A DNA stretch of 63,778 nt, counting the filler, from Octopus bimaculoides (taxonomy: Eukaryota): assembly GCF_001194135.2 (NCBI RefSeq). It is 8 parts of 8 records of this genome, joined end to end, with 100 filler letters (N's around TTAATTAATTAA, not from the genome) between each part and the next. Parts side by side here need not be neighbours in the genome. Positions count along the whole stretch, not along the records: positions 60,241 to 62,569 come from NC_068981.1; positions 62,670 to 63,778 come from NW_026438012.1; 6 more parts are not named here. One strand, 5' to 3'. The notes under the pieces are model-generated. The model saw nothing but the letters and a program-made list of their open reading frames with translations, ran no database searches and had not been told where the DNA came from. Position 1 is the stretch's first letter. Every line of letters begins with the position of its first letter. Shown one piece after another: positions 60,241 to 63,778 of this stretch. The translations under genes were made by a program, and so were the position numbers.

Positions 60241-62300
60241 GTGAGTCGAGGAGCCGTAACGCTGCTGAAGAAAGATCCAAACAAGGGGGACGTCATAGAT
60301 AACTTCAGGCCCATCATTCTACTCAATGCTGACTTGAAAATTTTGACCAAGGTGCTAGTCAAGAGGTTGGCGCTTGTAATCGAGAAACTGGTTGACAAAG
60401 CGCAAACGTGCGTCGTGCCGGAGCATCCATGACAACCTCCACCCCATGCGCTACATCATAAACAGGGTAGTTAAAGAACCTGGCATGGGTGGGACACTGA
60501 TCAATTTGGATCAATTGAAAGCTTTCGATAGGTTACACCATCGATACTTTGAGACAGTTCTGATAACGGTTGGTTTCGGCCCCGTTTTCTGCAGCCGGAT
60601 CGCTGCCCTATACAAAGGCATCCGTTCGGTAATTCGTGTGAATGGGCATCTATTCGACATTTCACCTTTCGACATTGCACATTCTGTCTGTCAGGGATGC
60701 TCCCTCTTGTCGCTTCTGTACGTATTGACCCTCGATCCACTACTGCGGAAGCTGACGACGCTGAGGGGCATCCCACGAGAACTGGGATGCGGGACGAGCG
60801 TGTCCGCATACGCGGATGACGTCAACGTCATAGTGTCTAGCCACAAGCACATCCAGCTGAAAGACTACGAAGCGGTAACAGGAGCGAAAATCAACCGGAA
60901 AAAGTCAGTGGGCTTGTGGTTAGGCACCTGGAGAAGCAAGCTCTTGCCGTCCAGCAGCGCCTCCATCGTGGGACGCTGGATTGACGGACCGGTGGAGTTA
61001 TTCGGGGTCTGGTTTGGTCCGGACCTCCAGACGGAGAAGAACCAGAACGAGATAATGAGTAGGGTGGCCNNNNNNNNNNNNNNNNNNNNNNNNNNNNNNN
61101 NNNNNNNNNNNNNNNNNNNNNNNNNNNNNNNNNNNNNNNNNNNNNNNNNNNNNNNNNNNNNNNNNNNNNNNNNNNNNNNNNNNNNNNNNNNNNNNNNNNN
61201 NNNNNNNNNNNNNNNNNNNNNNNNNNNNNNNNNNNNNNNNNNNNNNNNNNNNNNNNNNNNNNNNNNNNNNNNNNNNNNNNNNNNNNNNNNNNNNNNNNNN
61301 NNNNNNNNNNNNNNNNNNNNNNNNNNNNNNNNNNNNNNNNNNNNNNNNNNNNNNNNNNNNNNNNNNNNNNNNNNNNNNNNNNNNNNNNNNNNNNNNNNNN
61401 NNNNNNNNNNNNNNNNNNNNNNNNNNNNNNNNNNNNNNNNNNNNNNNNNNNNNNNNNNNNNNNNNNNNNNNNNNNNNNNNNNNNNNNNNNNNNNNNNNNN
61501 NNNNNNNNNNNNNNNNNNNNNNNNNNNNNNNNNNNNNNNNNNNNNNTAGCTCGTCTCCATGACCGAACTGCAGTCGTGGATCAAAAAGAGACCGAAGAAG
61601 GGCGAATGGCACCGCGAGAGTTGCGTTGCTGTCGAGCAACTATGCCGTCGCGTGTCGAACTTGAGCGACTGCATCACAAGCAAAGCGTTCTATAGGGGGT
61701 TAGTAGAGAGGATGTACGACGACGTTCTCGGGGCGAACCTGGGCGTCAACGAGGAATACCTGACCGCCTGCTCACGACGACTTTCGGGCCGGGACCTATG
61801 GACAACTTCCAGAGATCCCTGGCCTGGCAGTGCTATCGAGAAGCACTATCCGTTCGGGATAAGCTCTACAGACATGGCTCGAGAAACACCGGGCCGACCT
61901 GCCCGAGATGCGGTCAGAGCGACGAAACTGTTCCGCACGTACTCGTACAGTGTTCAACCATTTCCGACCTCCTATCGCGTGTGGGAAGAATCTGTTTATC
62001 AACCGAGTCTATCGTAAATATTGTCGCGCATATCCTTCCTTCAAATGGGAAGGAAGAGCCATTTTCATCATACTTGTTGCTATGGCAAAATAATGTGTAT
62101 GGTGGATGCGTCTGAAAGGCCTAGAAACAAACACTTTCCTCTCTGGTGAATCTCTCATCAACTTCTTCACGTATCACTTGAAAAGGAAGGTGAGAGTAGA
62201 GAGGGAAGTTTTGTCTAGCGAATCCTTCAATAAAAGATGGGTGAATGTAGCAAGTATAGCACGTGTGAATGACGGAGCCATCTTGAGAATAATCCTATGA
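60241..62300 (+). mobile_element. Tx1/L1-clade LINE ORF2 (RT plus C-terminal CCHC), gapped and frameshifted
   Basis: NFRPIILLNADLKIL, LDQLKAFDRL, QGCSLLSLLY, AYADDV and CPRCGQSDETVPHVLVQC. Confidence 0.88.
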
Positions 62301-62669
62301 AACAGGAAAAGAAAGGAAAAAAAAGAGAATCACTTACTGTAATGTGTTTTTGCATGACATTAGTATAATTATACTAATGTGTCCATCTGTTCTAATTTAA
62401 TTAAGTTCTATGTCTTTGTGCAGCTGAGGATTGCTCTGCATTTTAAATTGATATAATGATTGCATTATTCAATTAAATGGAGTTGTATGAAAGGATCGCA
62501 CTGCATTACCTCAGGAAATCCTTGTTGTTTATGTTGATGATGATGATGATATATATATATATATATATANNNNNNNNNNNNNNNNNNNNNNNNNNNNNNN
62601 NNNNNNNNNNNNNTTAATTAATTAANNNNNNNNNNNNNNNNNNNNNNNNNNNNNNNNNNNNNNNNNNNN

Positions 62670-63386
62670 TTAAATAAGAGCTAAAATATGATCCATTGTA
62701 AAGACTTTATTATGACCTACGATCATTTCGATGCAATATCCAGATCGATTCATGCATATTATAACATATGGAATATTGTATTTCTTAAGGGTCGGATTAA
62801 TTCATTGCAGACAGTAAAAATAGACAACATTCATAGTTGTCCTATAATTACATGTAAATAAACAAGTTGAAAAGACATGATACGTAATGAAACTGTATAG
62901 CATATTGGTATTGAAGCCGTTAGAAGATAAAATAAATGAGAATTGATGCTAATTTATGACGTTATCCTATGAAGTTAGATAACGAACCAATACGGAACGT
63001 TGTACATAAAAAAAAAACCGTTGGACTTTTTTGAAATGTACAGCGTTCCGTACTGGTTCGTTATCTAACTTCATAGGATAAAATCTTAAATTAACATCAC
63101 TTCTCATTTACTCTGCTTTCTAACGGTTTCAATACCGATATGCTATACAGTTTCATTACGTATCATGTCTTTCCAACTCGTTTATTTACATGTAATTATA
63201 GGACAACTATGAATGTTGTCTATGTATGTTGTCTATTTTTATTGTCTGTTATGAATTAATCCGACCCTGAAGAGATACAATATTCCATATTTTAGAATAT
63301 GCATGAATCGATCTGGATATTGCATCGAAATGATCATAGGTCATAATAAAGTCTTTACAATGGATCATATTTTAGCTCTTATTTAA
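62670..63386. mobile_element. Fold-back element with about 350-bp imperfect arms and almost no spacer
   Basis: The arms are reverse complements from TTAAATAAGAGCTAAAATATGATCC inward to about 63010-63035, with scattered mismatches and indels. The left end abuts a gap. Confidence 0.85.
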
Positions 63387-63587
63387 ATCGATATACATAC
63401 AAAAACTCACATGTGAGTATTTTGCTACGTTTGATAACAGATACAATATTTTTACCAAATTTTGGCATAAATCTATAAATACATACATACATATGGGAGA
63501 ATTTACGAAAAAAAACAACAACAGACGAGGACAGTTGGTGTAAACAACAAAAGGATGTATTAGTTTAACGCTCGGGAATAGAGAAAG

Positions 63588-63624
63588 TCTTTAACGTTTC
63601 GAGCTACGCTCTTCAACAGAAAGA
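63588..63624 (-). ncRNA. Minimal hammerhead-like fold with variant core CUGUUGA
   Basis: UCUUU-CUGUUGA-A-GAGC(GUA)GCUC-GAAA-CG-UU-AAAGA; helices I and II are perfectly complementary. Confidence 0.45.
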
Positions 63625-63778
63625 ATACGGAGAAAACAAGGAGAAAAACACGGAGAAAAAAAATGAATGTTTTGGTCAGCGATCTAGCAGAGATACCCGG
63701 ACTTTCTCGGGATTAAAATAGCATAGACTTTTATTGCTTTACTTGTTTCAGTCATGTGACTGCGGCCATGGTGGAGCA

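Overview
This is eukaryotic, AT-rich, microsatellite-dense draft scaffold DNA. It is most likely from an octopus-type cephalopod, inferred from the single-exon TGE[K/R]P C2H2 array and the recurring tRNA-derived SINE families; no taxon search was run. It has many N gaps, seven of them carrying an artificial TTAATTAATTAA linker, so adjacency across those gaps is uncertain. Recognisable genes: a 9-finger C2H2 zinc-finger gene; two intron-less, divergently oriented caspase-3/7-like paralogues (about 78% aa identity by hand count) with a small relic of a third locus between them; coding exon 1 of WRNIP1; and an intron-less type II Ca2+/H+ exchanger (CAX). The rest is decayed transposons (pogo, Tigger, mariner, maT/DD37D, hAT, Helitron, CR1, RTE, NeSL/HERO-like, Tx1/L1), SINEs and several fold-back repeats. 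Two candidates stand out. (1) A tRNA-headed SINE-like unit carries a complete minimal hammerhead-ribozyme fold, present as a near-perfect palindrome inside a hAT MITE, with related hammerhead-like motifs elsewhere in the window. (2) The caspase locus shows a substrate-loop deletion, a local excess of replacement changes, conserved promoter motifs and a 3'-flank/5'-flank junction relic abutting a Helitron end.
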